Shown here: one piece after another, positions 42,924-51,284 of the stretch
How positions within the stretch are numbered: position 1 is the first letter of the stretch
Layout: each line of letters starts with the position of its first letter
Source of the DNA: Bryobacterales bacterium
GTDB taxonomy: Bacteria; Acidobacteriota; Terriglobia; Bryobacterales; UBA6623
DNA length: 64,000 nucleotides
Assembly: GCA_963422375.2 (NCBI GenBank)
Contig: OY729428.2
Span: forward strand, 3,456,001 to 3,520,000
Reading direction: 5' to 3'
Position numbers and translations under genes: made by a program
The notes under the pieces: generated by a model
Database searches by the model: none
Told to the model about the DNA's origin: nothing
Seen by the model: the letters and a program-made list of their open reading frames with translations, nothing else

Positions 42924-43486
42924 CCCCGACGGCGCTGGAGAGCGAGGGATTCCAGCTCGCTCAACGCCGCCTCGAGGTCGGGGAGCAGGGGGCTGCCGCC
43001 CGCCCGCCCGAGCGCGTCCGCCATGGCCCGGTAGTACCAGAGCGAACCGTCCCGCCCGCCGGTGAAGCGGTCCCAGATCCCGTCCCCGTGCCGGCGGAGA
43101 TCGACAAGAATCGAGCGCGCGTTGTGCAGCTTGTCGGCCGAGAGGACGAGCCGGGCCGACGCCCCGCAGCGCTCAGTGCGGCGCACGGCCGCCAGCTTGC
43201 GCTCGAGCCAGTCGAGAGCCTTGTCCTCGGAGCAGGCGGCGACGATCTCCGCGACCTCGCGGCCGAAGCGCCGACGGATTTCCGCCGCCGTGCGCGAGCC
43301 GCCCTGGTCCTCGACCGCGTCGTGCAGCAGGGCGGCGATGGACTCGTCCTCGCTGCCGCCGGCCTCCATGACAAGGGACGCCACCGCCATCAAGTGAGCT
43401 AGGTACGGGCAGCCGCTGCCCTTCCGGCGCTGCCGCCGGTGCAGGGACTCGGCGTAAGCCAGCGCCTCGACGAAACGGTCGCTCAT
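42920..43486 (-). CDS. HD-domain small alarmone hydrolase-like protein (Mesh1/SpoT HD)
   Basis: H..QRRKG..PY..H, ALLHDAVED and ADKLHNARS. Confidence 0.88.
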   Translation of the reverse strand: MSDRFVEALAYAESLHRRQRRKGSGCPYLAHLMAVASLVMEAGGSEDESIAALLHDAVEDQGGSRTAAEIRRRFGREVAEIVAACSEDKALDWLERKLAAVRRTERCGASARLVLSADKLHNARSILVDLRRHGDGIWDRFTGGRDGSLWYYRAMADALGRAGGSPLLPDLEAALSELESLALQRRRG

Positions 43487-43511
43487 GGGACGCGAACAGT
43501 ACAATCCCAGT
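43487..43511. promoter_or_regulatory. 25-bp spacer between divergent genes with overlapping -10 boxes (leaderless)
   Basis: TACAAT at 43500-43505 is 6 nt before ATG 43512; TACTGT on the minus strand (43496-43501) is 9 nt before ATG 43486; no room for an SD. Confidence 0.55.
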
Positions 43512-44693
43512 ATGGACATCACGCGCCGGCGCTGGGCCGTCGGTATGGCGGTCGCGGGCCTGGGCTGCGGCGCGAGCCGCGACGGCGGCTCCGAACCCGG
43601 GACGCCGGGCGACCGGGAGCGCGCCGGCGCGCTCCGCCCGGTGATCGACCTGCACTGCGACACGCCAATGCTCTTCCGCGACGGGGGCTACGACCTCGGC
43701 GCGCGGAACGAGCGCGGGCAGGTCGACATCCCGCGCATGCGCGAGGGCGGCGTGAACGCGGCGTTCTTCTCCGTCTACACCAGCGCCGCCCGGCGCAGCG
43801 AGCCGGAAGCCCTCCGCGAGGCACTCGAGATCATCGACTCGATCTATCGCGAGGCCGAGCGCTTTCCCGCCGACCTGGCCGTCGCGACGTCGACCGCCGG
43901 GATCGAGGCCGCGGTCCGCGAGGGCCGTATCGCCGTGCTGCTCGGGATCGAGGGCGGGCACATGATCGACAGCTCCCTAGCCGCGCTGCGCACGCTCTAC
44001 CGCCTGGGCGGGCGCTACCTGACGCTCACGCATAGCAAGGACACCGCCTGGGCGGGCTCCTCCGGCAGCGACGCCAACGCCGGCCTGTCGGAGTTCGGAC
44101 GCGAGGTCGTGGCGGAAATGAACCGCCTCGGGATGATGGTCGACATCTCTCACGTGTCCGACAGGACATTCTGGGACGCCTTGGCAGCGTCCGTCGCGCC
44201 GGTGATCGCGTCGCATTCCTCGGTGCGCGCCATCGCGGCGCACAAGCGGAACATGTCGGACGAGATGATCCGCGCCACCGCCGAACGGGGCGGGGTGGTC
44301 CACATCAACTACTACAACGCCTTCCTAGACGACGACTACGCTCGGCGGAGCCGGGAGTGGAACTCGGAGAACCCCCGGGCGGGCACGAGCGGCGTAGCCC
44401 GATTGCAAGCCAAGCTGGCCGCGATCGGCCGGCCCGCCATCGACGTGCTCCTCGATCACCTCGAGCACGCCGTCCGCGTCGGCGGGATCGAAGCCGTGGG
44501 CCTGGGATCGGACTTCGACGGCGTGGACGGCGAGTTGCCGGCCGGAATGGAGGACATCTCGAAAGTCCCGAATATCGCCGCGGGCCTGTCCGCGAGAGGC
44601 TTCAGCGACACGCAGGTCGAGAAGGTGCTGGGCGGGAACTCGCTGCGAGTCTTCCGGGACGTGGAGGCCGCGGCCCGGGCGGCAGCGGCCTAG
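43512..44693 (+). CDS. Membrane dipeptidase (M19) with Tat-like signal
   Basis: TRRRW, DLHCD, GIEGGH, LTLTH, DISH, SHS and GLGSDFDG. Confidence 0.93.
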   Translation: MDITRRRWAVGMAVAGLGCGASRDGGSEPGTPGDRERAGALRPVIDLHCDTPMLFRDGGYDLGARNERGQVDIPRMREGGVNAAFFSVYTSAARRSEPEALREALEIIDSIYREAERFPADLAVATSTAGIEAAVREGRIAVLLGIEGGHMIDSSLAALRTLYRLGGRYLTLTHSKDTAWAGSSGSDANAGLSEFGREVVAEMNRLGMMVDISHVSDRTFWDALAASVAPVIASHSSVRAIAAHKRNMSDEMIRATAERGGVVHINYYNAFLDDDYARRSREWNSENPRAGTSGVARLQAKLAAIGRPAIDVLLDHLEHAVRVGGIEAVGLGSDFDGVDGELPAGMEDISKVPNIAAGLSARGFSDTQVEKVLGGNSLRVFRDVEAAARAAAA

Positions 44694-45535
44694 ACGAGAC
44701 CCGCCGGATTCGACAGCGTGCCGATTTCCGGCACCCGGATGGAGCAGACGTCGCCGGGCTGCAGCGCGGCCTCCTGCCCGACGATGATCCCCGTGCCGGT
44801 CAGCACGACCGTGGGGGTCGGCAGGGCGTTGCTGCGTCGGAGGTAGCCGATCAACTCCTCGAAAGTACGGCGCAGCTTGTCCGTCGAGACGCTGCCCTCG
44901 AACGTGGACCGGCCGTTGCGGCTGATCGTGCAGGACATGCTCAGAGAGTAGGGATCGGGGACGTCGCCCGGCGTGACGAGCGCGGGACCGAGAGCGCAGC
45001 AGGCGGTGTAGACCTTCGACTGGGGCAGGTACAGGGCGTTTTCGCGCTCGATGTCCCACGCCGAGACGTCATTGCCCAGCGTGTAGCCCAAGATCGCGCC
45101 GGTGGATCCGATGACGACGGCCAGTTCGGGCTCCGGCGCGGTGAACGTGGAGTCCCGGCGAATGCCGATCATCTCGCCCGGGCCCACGCAGACGCGGGCG
45201 GTTCCCTTGAAGAAGATCTCGGGACGGTGGCCCTGCTTGTGGACGTAGGAGTACATGCCGTCTGTCGTCCCGAGCTCGCCGTCCCGGAAATCTGCGCTGG
45301 GGGCGTAGGTACAGCCGCAAGCCCACACTTCGGCGGGCCGCAGGGGCAGCAGCGCCGCGCCCTGCACGAGCTCGCCCGTGGCGCGACCCGCCACCAAGCT
45401 CTCCACGGTCCGGCCGCTCGCGTCGGCCTCCTCCAGCAGCGCGTTCACGGTCGTGCCCGGCAAGGTCAGGTATCCGCCCTCCCGCTGCAGGGCCGCAAGG
45501 GTCTCGCCCCCATGCGAGACTTGCGCCAGCTTCAT
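44690..45535 (-). CDS. Fumarylacetoacetate hydrolase family protein (2-keto-3-deoxy-pentonate dehydratase-like)
   Basis: EVWACGCTY, RPEIFFKG, PEPEL, GNDVSAWDIERENALYLPQSK and LTGTG. Confidence 0.9.
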   Translation of the reverse strand: MKLAQVSHGGETLAALQREGGYLTLPGTTVNALLEEADASGRTVESLVAGRATGELVQGAALLPLRPAEVWACGCTYAPSADFRDGELGTTDGMYSYVHKQGHRPEIFFKGTARVCVGPGEMIGIRRDSTFTAPEPELAVVIGSTGAILGYTLGNDVSAWDIERENALYLPQSKVYTACCALGPALVTPGDVPDPYSLSMSCTISRNGRSTFEGSVSTDKLRRTFEELIGYLRRSNALPTPTVVLTGTGIIVGQEAALQPGDVCSIRVPEIGTLSNPAGLV

Positions 45536-45633
45536 CGAACCACCCTCCAGATTACATGGTGGCACAGGCCCGCCGGCCGCCGCGGGACCGGCGACCAGCG
45601 GAGCGGACGCAGCGGACGGGCCGGCCAAGCACC

Positions 45634-47913
45634 CTAGGCCGAGCCCAAATCGAGCCGGTAGGCACTCTTCCCGATCCGCACTACGTCGCCGCTCCCCGCC
45701 CGCAAGGGCCTGTACGGCTCCGCGTCGAGCGCGCCGAGGCGCGTGCCGCAGGTGGAATCCAAGTCCTCGATCCAGATCGCCCCGTTCTCGAGCCGGAGTC
45801 TAAGGTGGCGCCGCGATACATTCAGGTCCCGGAGACTCACGTCGCACCGATTCCTTCCCCGCCCGACCACAAGCCCCTCGGGCGACATCAAGAGACGCGG
45901 GTCCAAGGGAATTCGGCCCGAGCCGTCGAGCGGGACGAGCGCGGCGGCCACCGCGGGAGCGGCCCGCCCGATCGGAACCAAGGCCGGGCCCTGGCGGTTC
46001 ACCGGCGCGGGGACCGGCGGCGGGGAGGCGGACGCCCGGCGCCGCGCCTGCATCGGGGATGAGAGCGCCCAGCCGGCTAGGGCCGCGACCACCAGCAGGG
46101 CGAGCGCCGCGCCGATCCACGCGCTTGCCCTCGAGTCGCCCGGGGGCCTGCCCGGCCCGCCGGGCGAGTCCTCCGGCGGTTCCGCGTGCGGGGGCGCGGG
46201 GCCGGGCACGGTCGGAGGCGCTCCCCCTCCGGCAACAGGGTCGCGGGGCGGCGCCGAGGCTCCCCTGCCGCCACCGCTCCGGGAGACGGTCTCCCCTTCC
46301 TCCGGATCCGATATGCCGTCCGGATCGGGAGCCGCCGGGAGAACCCACGTGCCCGGCACGCCGACCGCGTCCATCGCCTGGTGGGTCGAAACCCATTCCC
46401 GCGAGCCTTCGCCGTGCAAGAGCTCCGCAGCGAGGGCGAAACCGAAGCGAGCGTCGCCGAAGCTGGAGTTCGGCGTCAGGAGGTGAACGGCCGCGCGCCC
46501 GACTATCTCCAGAGCCTTGGCCATGCCAATACCGACGACCGCGGGGCCCGATCGCCGGTCAGGGTGCCGCCCGCCCGCCGCGAGCAAGTAAAGGCCTTGG
46601 TTCATGATCGAAGAGTTGACATGCACGCCGCCGTGGTCCTCGTGCATCCACCGGTAATCGCTGTAGTGGTTGGGCATGCGGCCGACCCGGCGGGGATTCT
46701 GCAAGTCGCGGAGCGGCCCGGCGGGCGACCGCAGGCGCCAGATCTCGTCCGGTATATCCAAGTCCAAGCGCCCTCGCGTCTCCAGCCACGCTCGAAATCC
46801 CGCGCCAAGCACATCGGAGATCGATTCGCCAAGCGCGCCGGGCTCGTCCCTTCCGATGAGACCGCTCCCGCTTTCGACGATCCCGTGGCCGAGCTCGTGG
46901 CCGATGACTTCGGGAAACTTCGAGCCTTCGTCGGTGACCGCCAGCAGCCGCTGGCCGCTGTACCAAACCGCATTGAACTGGTCTCCGTCGCATTGGGGCC
47001 ACGTGTAGGGATTGTGGAACTTCACGCCTACCAGCCCCTGCAAGGTCCCGCCGCGTCCGTCGAAGCTGTCCATTTGCAGCGTCGTGCGGAGATACCCGTG
47101 AAACTCGCCGAACAAGTCGAAGACGGCGTTGACGGGGGCGCGAGACGACCGGCCGGTGGACTCGCTCCTCCCGAGATGCCCCGAGATCGCCCTCATGACC
47201 AGGCGAGTCGAATCGCCAATGTCCAGCGGACGACCTCTTCCGTATCCCCTGCAGGCGTCCTCAAAGTCGTAGATCCGCCGGTCAACCGCCGTGAATTCCA
47301 TGGGAAGGCGCTCGATGACGCGGCCCGAGCGGGCGTCGAGGTAGACCCGCTCGAAACGCGCGCCCGACGGGTTCGCGAACGCACCTTCGACCTCGTAGGC
47401 GAGCACGAGATCGCTGCCCGCCGGCCAGAACACCAGCCTCTGCCCGAGAACGCGTTGCGCGGGCGAGCCGGAGGCCCGGATCGCCGCGGCGAGTCCGAGC
47501 CGCGGCTCGGACCGAGGGAGGCCCAGAAACGGGTCATGCCGGCCGAGCAGGCGCGCCTCGGGGCGGTCGTCCGCCGCAACCAGGCGGGACTCCCGATTGA
47601 TCACCGGCAGGCCGCCGGCGAACTGCCTGAGAGTGAAGACGGTGCCGCGCCCGAGGCGCGCGGGTTCCGGCTCGACCAGCAGGCGGTCGGTCCGCTCCAG
47701 TCCGAGCAGGCGATGCAGCTCCCGGTTCGCCCAGCGCTGCACGGCTGCCGCATCCGCGAGGCCCGGAGGGGCCGGGACAGACAGGACCTCGGCCTCCCGC
47801 GCGACGGCGCCGCCCTCCTGGCCGCGCGCCCGGTCCGCCCCGGCCGCGAAGGCGAGCATCGTGCCCAGCCCGATGCCGGCGACGCACCGGCCCCGCCGAC
47901 TCCGGGAAGCCAT
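45634..47913 (-). CDS. M4 (thermolysin-like) metalloprotease fused to a TM helix and FHA domain
   Basis: Signal peptide; FTP/PepSY propeptide; NAVW, HELGH, GALGESISD and GGVHVNS; Pro linker; TM AWIGAALALLVVAALAGW; FHA VGR..D..VSRRH..EDLDSTCGT. Confidence 0.88.
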   Translation of the reverse strand: MASRSRRGRCVAGIGLGTMLAFAAGADRARGQEGGAVAREAEVLSVPAPPGLADAAAVQRWANRELHRLLGLERTDRLLVEPEPARLGRGTVFTLRQFAGGLPVINRESRLVAADDRPEARLLGRHDPFLGLPRSEPRLGLAAAIRASGSPAQRVLGQRLVFWPAGSDLVLAYEVEGAFANPSGARFERVYLDARSGRVIERLPMEFTAVDRRIYDFEDACRGYGRGRPLDIGDSTRLVMRAISGHLGRSESTGRSSRAPVNAVFDLFGEFHGYLRTTLQMDSFDGRGGTLQGLVGVKFHNPYTWPQCDGDQFNAVWYSGQRLLAVTDEGSKFPEVIGHELGHGIVESGSGLIGRDEPGALGESISDVLGAGFRAWLETRGRLDLDIPDEIWRLRSPAGPLRDLQNPRRVGRMPNHYSDYRWMHEDHGGVHVNSSIMNQGLYLLAAGGRHPDRRSGPAVVGIGMAKALEIVGRAAVHLLTPNSSFGDARFGFALAAELLHGEGSREWVSTHQAMDAVGVPGTWVLPAAPDPDGISDPEEGETVSRSGGGRGASAPPRDPVAGGGAPPTVPGPAPPHAEPPEDSPGGPGRPPGDSRASAWIGAALALLVVAALAGWALSSPMQARRRASASPPPVPAPVNRQGPALVPIGRAAPAVAAALVPLDGSGRIPLDPRLLMSPEGLVVGRGRNRCDVSLRDLNVSRRHLRLRLENGAIWIEDLDSTCGTRLGALDAEPYRPLRAGSGDVVRIGKSAYRLDLGSA

Positions 47914-47917
47914 GCAC

Positions 47918-49468
47918 TCAGCGAACTGCCGGGCGACCGGTCTGGAGCACCAGCGGCTCGCGGAACAGGACCGCACCAGTTGCAGGATCCAGGATCACGC
48001 GCTCGGAGCCACGCCCCGTAGCGACACTACCCGACCAAGCGACGACGTCCGTTCGCCCGTCCATCCGGACGACCACGAGCGAACCCTCGTCGAGCGGATC
48101 GATGTCCTCTCCGCTCGCCCGTTCCGCCAGGGCCACCGTCTCCGGGTAATCCCTCGCGGGCGGGCCGTCAACCTCAATCCGGGACGCAAGATGGCCGTCC
48201 ACGCGAATCACGCGGCTCCCCTCGGTCGTGGCAACCACTTCCGCGGCGAACACCGGCATTCCCTCGTGAGTCTGGCCGAAGCGTGAAACGGTCGTCCCGC
48301 CGATGCGGCCCGGACTGCCCTTCGGCGCGAGCGTGTCCGCGGGGCCGATCCGGCCCGCCTGCCGCAATTCGTCCTCAATCGCGCTCGCGAGGGATTCCCC
48401 GGTCTTCAGCCTCCTGTCCAGACTGACGTGCAGGCTGTCGATCGGCACGGGAGAGCCCGGCCCGCCGCCGGACTCGCTGCGCCCGCCCGATTCCGACGCC
48501 CCCTCGGCGGGGGAGGCGCCGCCCTCCCGACTACCGCCCTCCCTTGCTCCGGCCCCCTCCCGGCCCTCGGCTTGGGCCGCCAGGGAGTAGCTCGGGCCCG
48601 CCCCGCCGGCGAAGAGCGCGGTCGCGCGGCCCGCGGCCGAGGTCGCCTGGCCGCGGGCGTCCCGACCGGCCGGCAGGAGCGCCGCGGCGAGGCCCGCGCC
48701 AACGAGAGCGGCCAGCGAGAGCCAGTACCACGCGACGCGGGGCCCCGGATCGATCACCGCGAGAATCGCCGTGGTGTTGTCATGTCGCTCGAGCTCGGCC
48801 AGCTTGCCCTCGTAGGCCGCGGCGACGGCAGTCCCCGGATCGGCGGATTCGAACAGCGCGACGATCTCGCCGTCGGAAAAAATCTCCCAGAAACCGTCGC
48901 TGCAAATGACGAAGCGAGTGCCGCGCGCAAGGCGCCACCGCTTGAATTCCGCGTCCGGAGGGGCCTCGCCTCCGACGTGGGTCAGCAAGTGCGTCTGGCT
49001 CGGGTGCGTGGCCAGCTCGGCCTCCGAGATCGCGCCGCGCAGCACGTTCAGCTGCGCCATGGAGTGGTCCAGGGTGCGCACGGCGAGGCCGGCCCGCGAA
49101 TACTGCATGACGCGGCTGTCCCCGGCATGGACCGAAACGGCCTCGGAGCCCCGCACCAGCAGGGCGGCGAGCGTGGAGCGCGGATCGAGACCCGCCGCCC
49201 TGCCCGCAGCGTTGACCCGCTCGTGGCACTGGCTCACCAAGGATCGCAGGAAGTCCTCCGACCGCCAGTCGCGTCCGCGCCGGGCCCAGAGATCGGCGGC
49301 GGTGTCCACGACAGTCTGCGCGGCAAGCGAGCCGCCGCGATGACCGCCCAGCCCGTCGGCAACCAGGAACAGGGATCCGTCGCCATCGCCGGACCGCAGA
49401 ACCGTCAACCGATCCTGGTTCTCCTGCCTCTGCCCGACGTGGGTGAAGGCATGGGCGGTTGCGTTCAC
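47918..49468 (-). CDS. PP2C Ser/Thr phosphatase fused to a TM helix and FTP/PepSY propeptide-like domain
   Basis: RQENQD, VADGLGGH, HAGDSR, DHS, CSDG and DNTT; TM WYWLSLAALVGAGLAAALL; C-terminal RFGQTHEGMPVF and RVILDPATGAVL. Confidence 0.85.
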   Translation of the reverse strand: MNATAHAFTHVGQRQENQDRLTVLRSGDGDGSLFLVADGLGGHRGGSLAAQTVVDTAADLWARRGRDWRSEDFLRSLVSQCHERVNAAGRAAGLDPRSTLAALLVRGSEAVSVHAGDSRVMQYSRAGLAVRTLDHSMAQLNVLRGAISEAELATHPSQTHLLTHVGGEAPPDAEFKRWRLARGTRFVICSDGFWEIFSDGEIVALFESADPGTAVAAAYEGKLAELERHDNTTAILAVIDPGPRVAWYWLSLAALVGAGLAAALLPAGRDARGQATSAAGRATALFAGGAGPSYSLAAQAEGREGAGAREGGSREGGASPAEGASESGGRSESGGGPGSPVPIDSLHVSLDRRLKTGESLASAIEDELRQAGRIGPADTLAPKGSPGRIGGTTVSRFGQTHEGMPVFAAEVVATTEGSRVIRVDGHLASRIEVDGPPARDYPETVALAERASGEDIDPLDEGSLVVVRMDGRTDVVAWSGSVATGRGSERVILDPATGAVLFREPLVLQTGRPAVR

Positions 49469-49508
49469 CGGCGTTCCCCTCGCATTCTTGCAAACCCGCC
49501 GCGATCCC

Positions 49509-50621
49509 TCAGATCCCGAGAATGGCGAGCAGCACGCTGCCAGTGAAGGATTCCCCGCCCGCGGCGTCGACGAATTGGCCTTTGCCTACCTGCGCAAGCT
49601 GACGCAGGAACAAGTCGGCCTTCCGGCGATCTCGGTTGTTGTCGTTCAGGTTCGCCCTGACTGTGGAGACGAATTGGCCCGGGCTTGATGCGAACAGCTG
49701 GGCTGCCCGAATCGCGGCCGCCTCCCTGTCCGGATACGCCGCGTTGTCCGTGATCGCGATGACGTAGCGGCGCTCGCTCTCGGGTCTCCAGTTGGAGTTG
49801 ATCGCCATCTCCACGGCCGTCGCAACCATCTCGGGTCCGTCCCTGTTGAGTCTGTTCCTAGTTCGGTCCATTTCCGGCCTGAGCGTGGAGACGAACGAGC
49901 GGACCTCGGCAAGACGGGACGTCGGGACAATCCTTCTCTCGTAGATCGGCGGGACCCATGTGCGGTCACCGAACGCGATGACCCCGATGCCTACGGACGG
50001 GGCCAAGCTGTCCAGGAGCTGTGCCAGCGTCCCGATTTCATTCTTCAGGCCCGCGATCTGGTCGGTCATGCTGGAGGTCACGTCGAGGCAGATCACGAGG
50101 TCCATGTCGGGAATCCGGGCTTTTGCGAGAGCGGCCTCCAGTTCGCTCACATTCTTCCGCGATTCCGCGAGGCTGGCCTTGATCTCGTCGACTTCCCGCT
50201 CGAGGGCCCGTTCCCTAGCGAGGTTGCCTGCCTCCTTCTTCCTGCCCGCCTCTGCGGCCTTCCTGCTCGCCTCTGCCGCGGCCAGGACCTCCTGAAGTTC
50301 CGCGATCTTCTGCTGGGCTTGCTCGACTTGGGCGAGAGCTTCGTCCAGGGCTCCGGCCAGCGCATCGCTGTCTTCGGCGTCGCTCCGCACTTGCGCCAGC
50401 ACGGCCTCAAGGCTGCGCGCCCTCTCCGCGACACGGTCGCGGTCCCGGATCGCTTGGGCCAGCTCCGCCTGCACGGCCTCGACCTGGTCGCGCGAGTCAC
50501 CGGTATTCGGGAAGAACGGCAAGGCCATGATCGACAGCAGGATGAACGCGCCCATGCCTGAGGCGAACAGGTCCAGCGCTGAGATGGAGAAGACGTTGAG
50601 TTCTCGCCGACGAAATGTCAT
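49509..50621 (-). CDS. Membrane-anchored coiled-coil vWA domain protein
   Basis: RRRELNVFSISALDLFASGMGAFILL TM anchor; about 130 aa coiled coil; MIDAS-like DLVICLDVTSSM, DGPE and ITD. Confidence 0.85.
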   Translation of the reverse strand: MTFRRRELNVFSISALDLFASGMGAFILLSIMALPFFPNTGDSRDQVEAVQAELAQAIRDRDRVAERARSLEAVLAQVRSDAEDSDALAGALDEALAQVEQAQQKIAELQEVLAAAEASRKAAEAGRKKEAGNLARERALEREVDEIKASLAESRKNVSELEAALAKARIPDMDLVICLDVTSSMTDQIAGLKNEIGTLAQLLDSLAPSVGIGVIAFGDRTWVPPIYERRIVPTSRLAEVRSFVSTLRPEMDRTRNRLNRDGPEMVATAVEMAINSNWRPESERRYVIAITDNAAYPDREAAAIRAAQLFASSPGQFVSTVRANLNDNNRDRRKADLFLRQLAQVGKGQFVDAAGGESFTGSVLLAILGI

Positions 50622-51284
50622 GGCCCCGTGCCGGGTTGCAACCGCCTCGTCATCTAGCGCCCCCGTCGAAGTCACGCCCGGGAGGGCGCGACGCCAAGCC
50701 GCGACTGCCTGCTCGACCAGCCAAGCGCCGAGCCTTGAGCTCGGTCGAGCAGGCGGGACGCACCGGTTTCCGAGTTTCCGCTTGGCACCATTGTGCGCAC
50801 CAGGACCGGGTCCCGCTGATTCGGCTCGCGGAACCGGCAGACGCCCGCATGGACCCGAAGCCGGAGCGCGTCGCCGCCAGGGGACCGGACCGGAATTCCG
50901 CGAATGGCGAGTCGAGCCCGCCTCGAAGGGGCCCGGCTACTTCGCCGGCAGTGCAAGCAGCGGGTCTCCTCCGCATGGAGGCGGCCGCGCGACGGCTCCG
51001 CCTGAACTGACACAGCGCCATCGCGACCTTTACGCTGCCACGCAGATCTCTGGCTCGGCCCGGCACTCGACCATCCCCCTTCAAGACGCACCGCACTGCG
51101 AGACGGTTTCTCAAGGGACTGCCCTGGCTTGGGACCTCGGACAGTCTGGGCTGGCGGCAGCAAGACGGACTCGAACGACCAACGCCGGCCCGGCGAGGAT
51201 CCAGTCGGCCTCTCGCGAAGCGGCGCTAGAAAGGATGTGTACGCAGAATCGGCGGCCGGTGCGTCTGATGGCACCGAGACCGGA

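Noticed and set aside
50622..51284. Remnant motA/exbB gene upstream of the vWA gene
   Set aside because: The translated frames show no hydrophobic helices or recognisable motifs.
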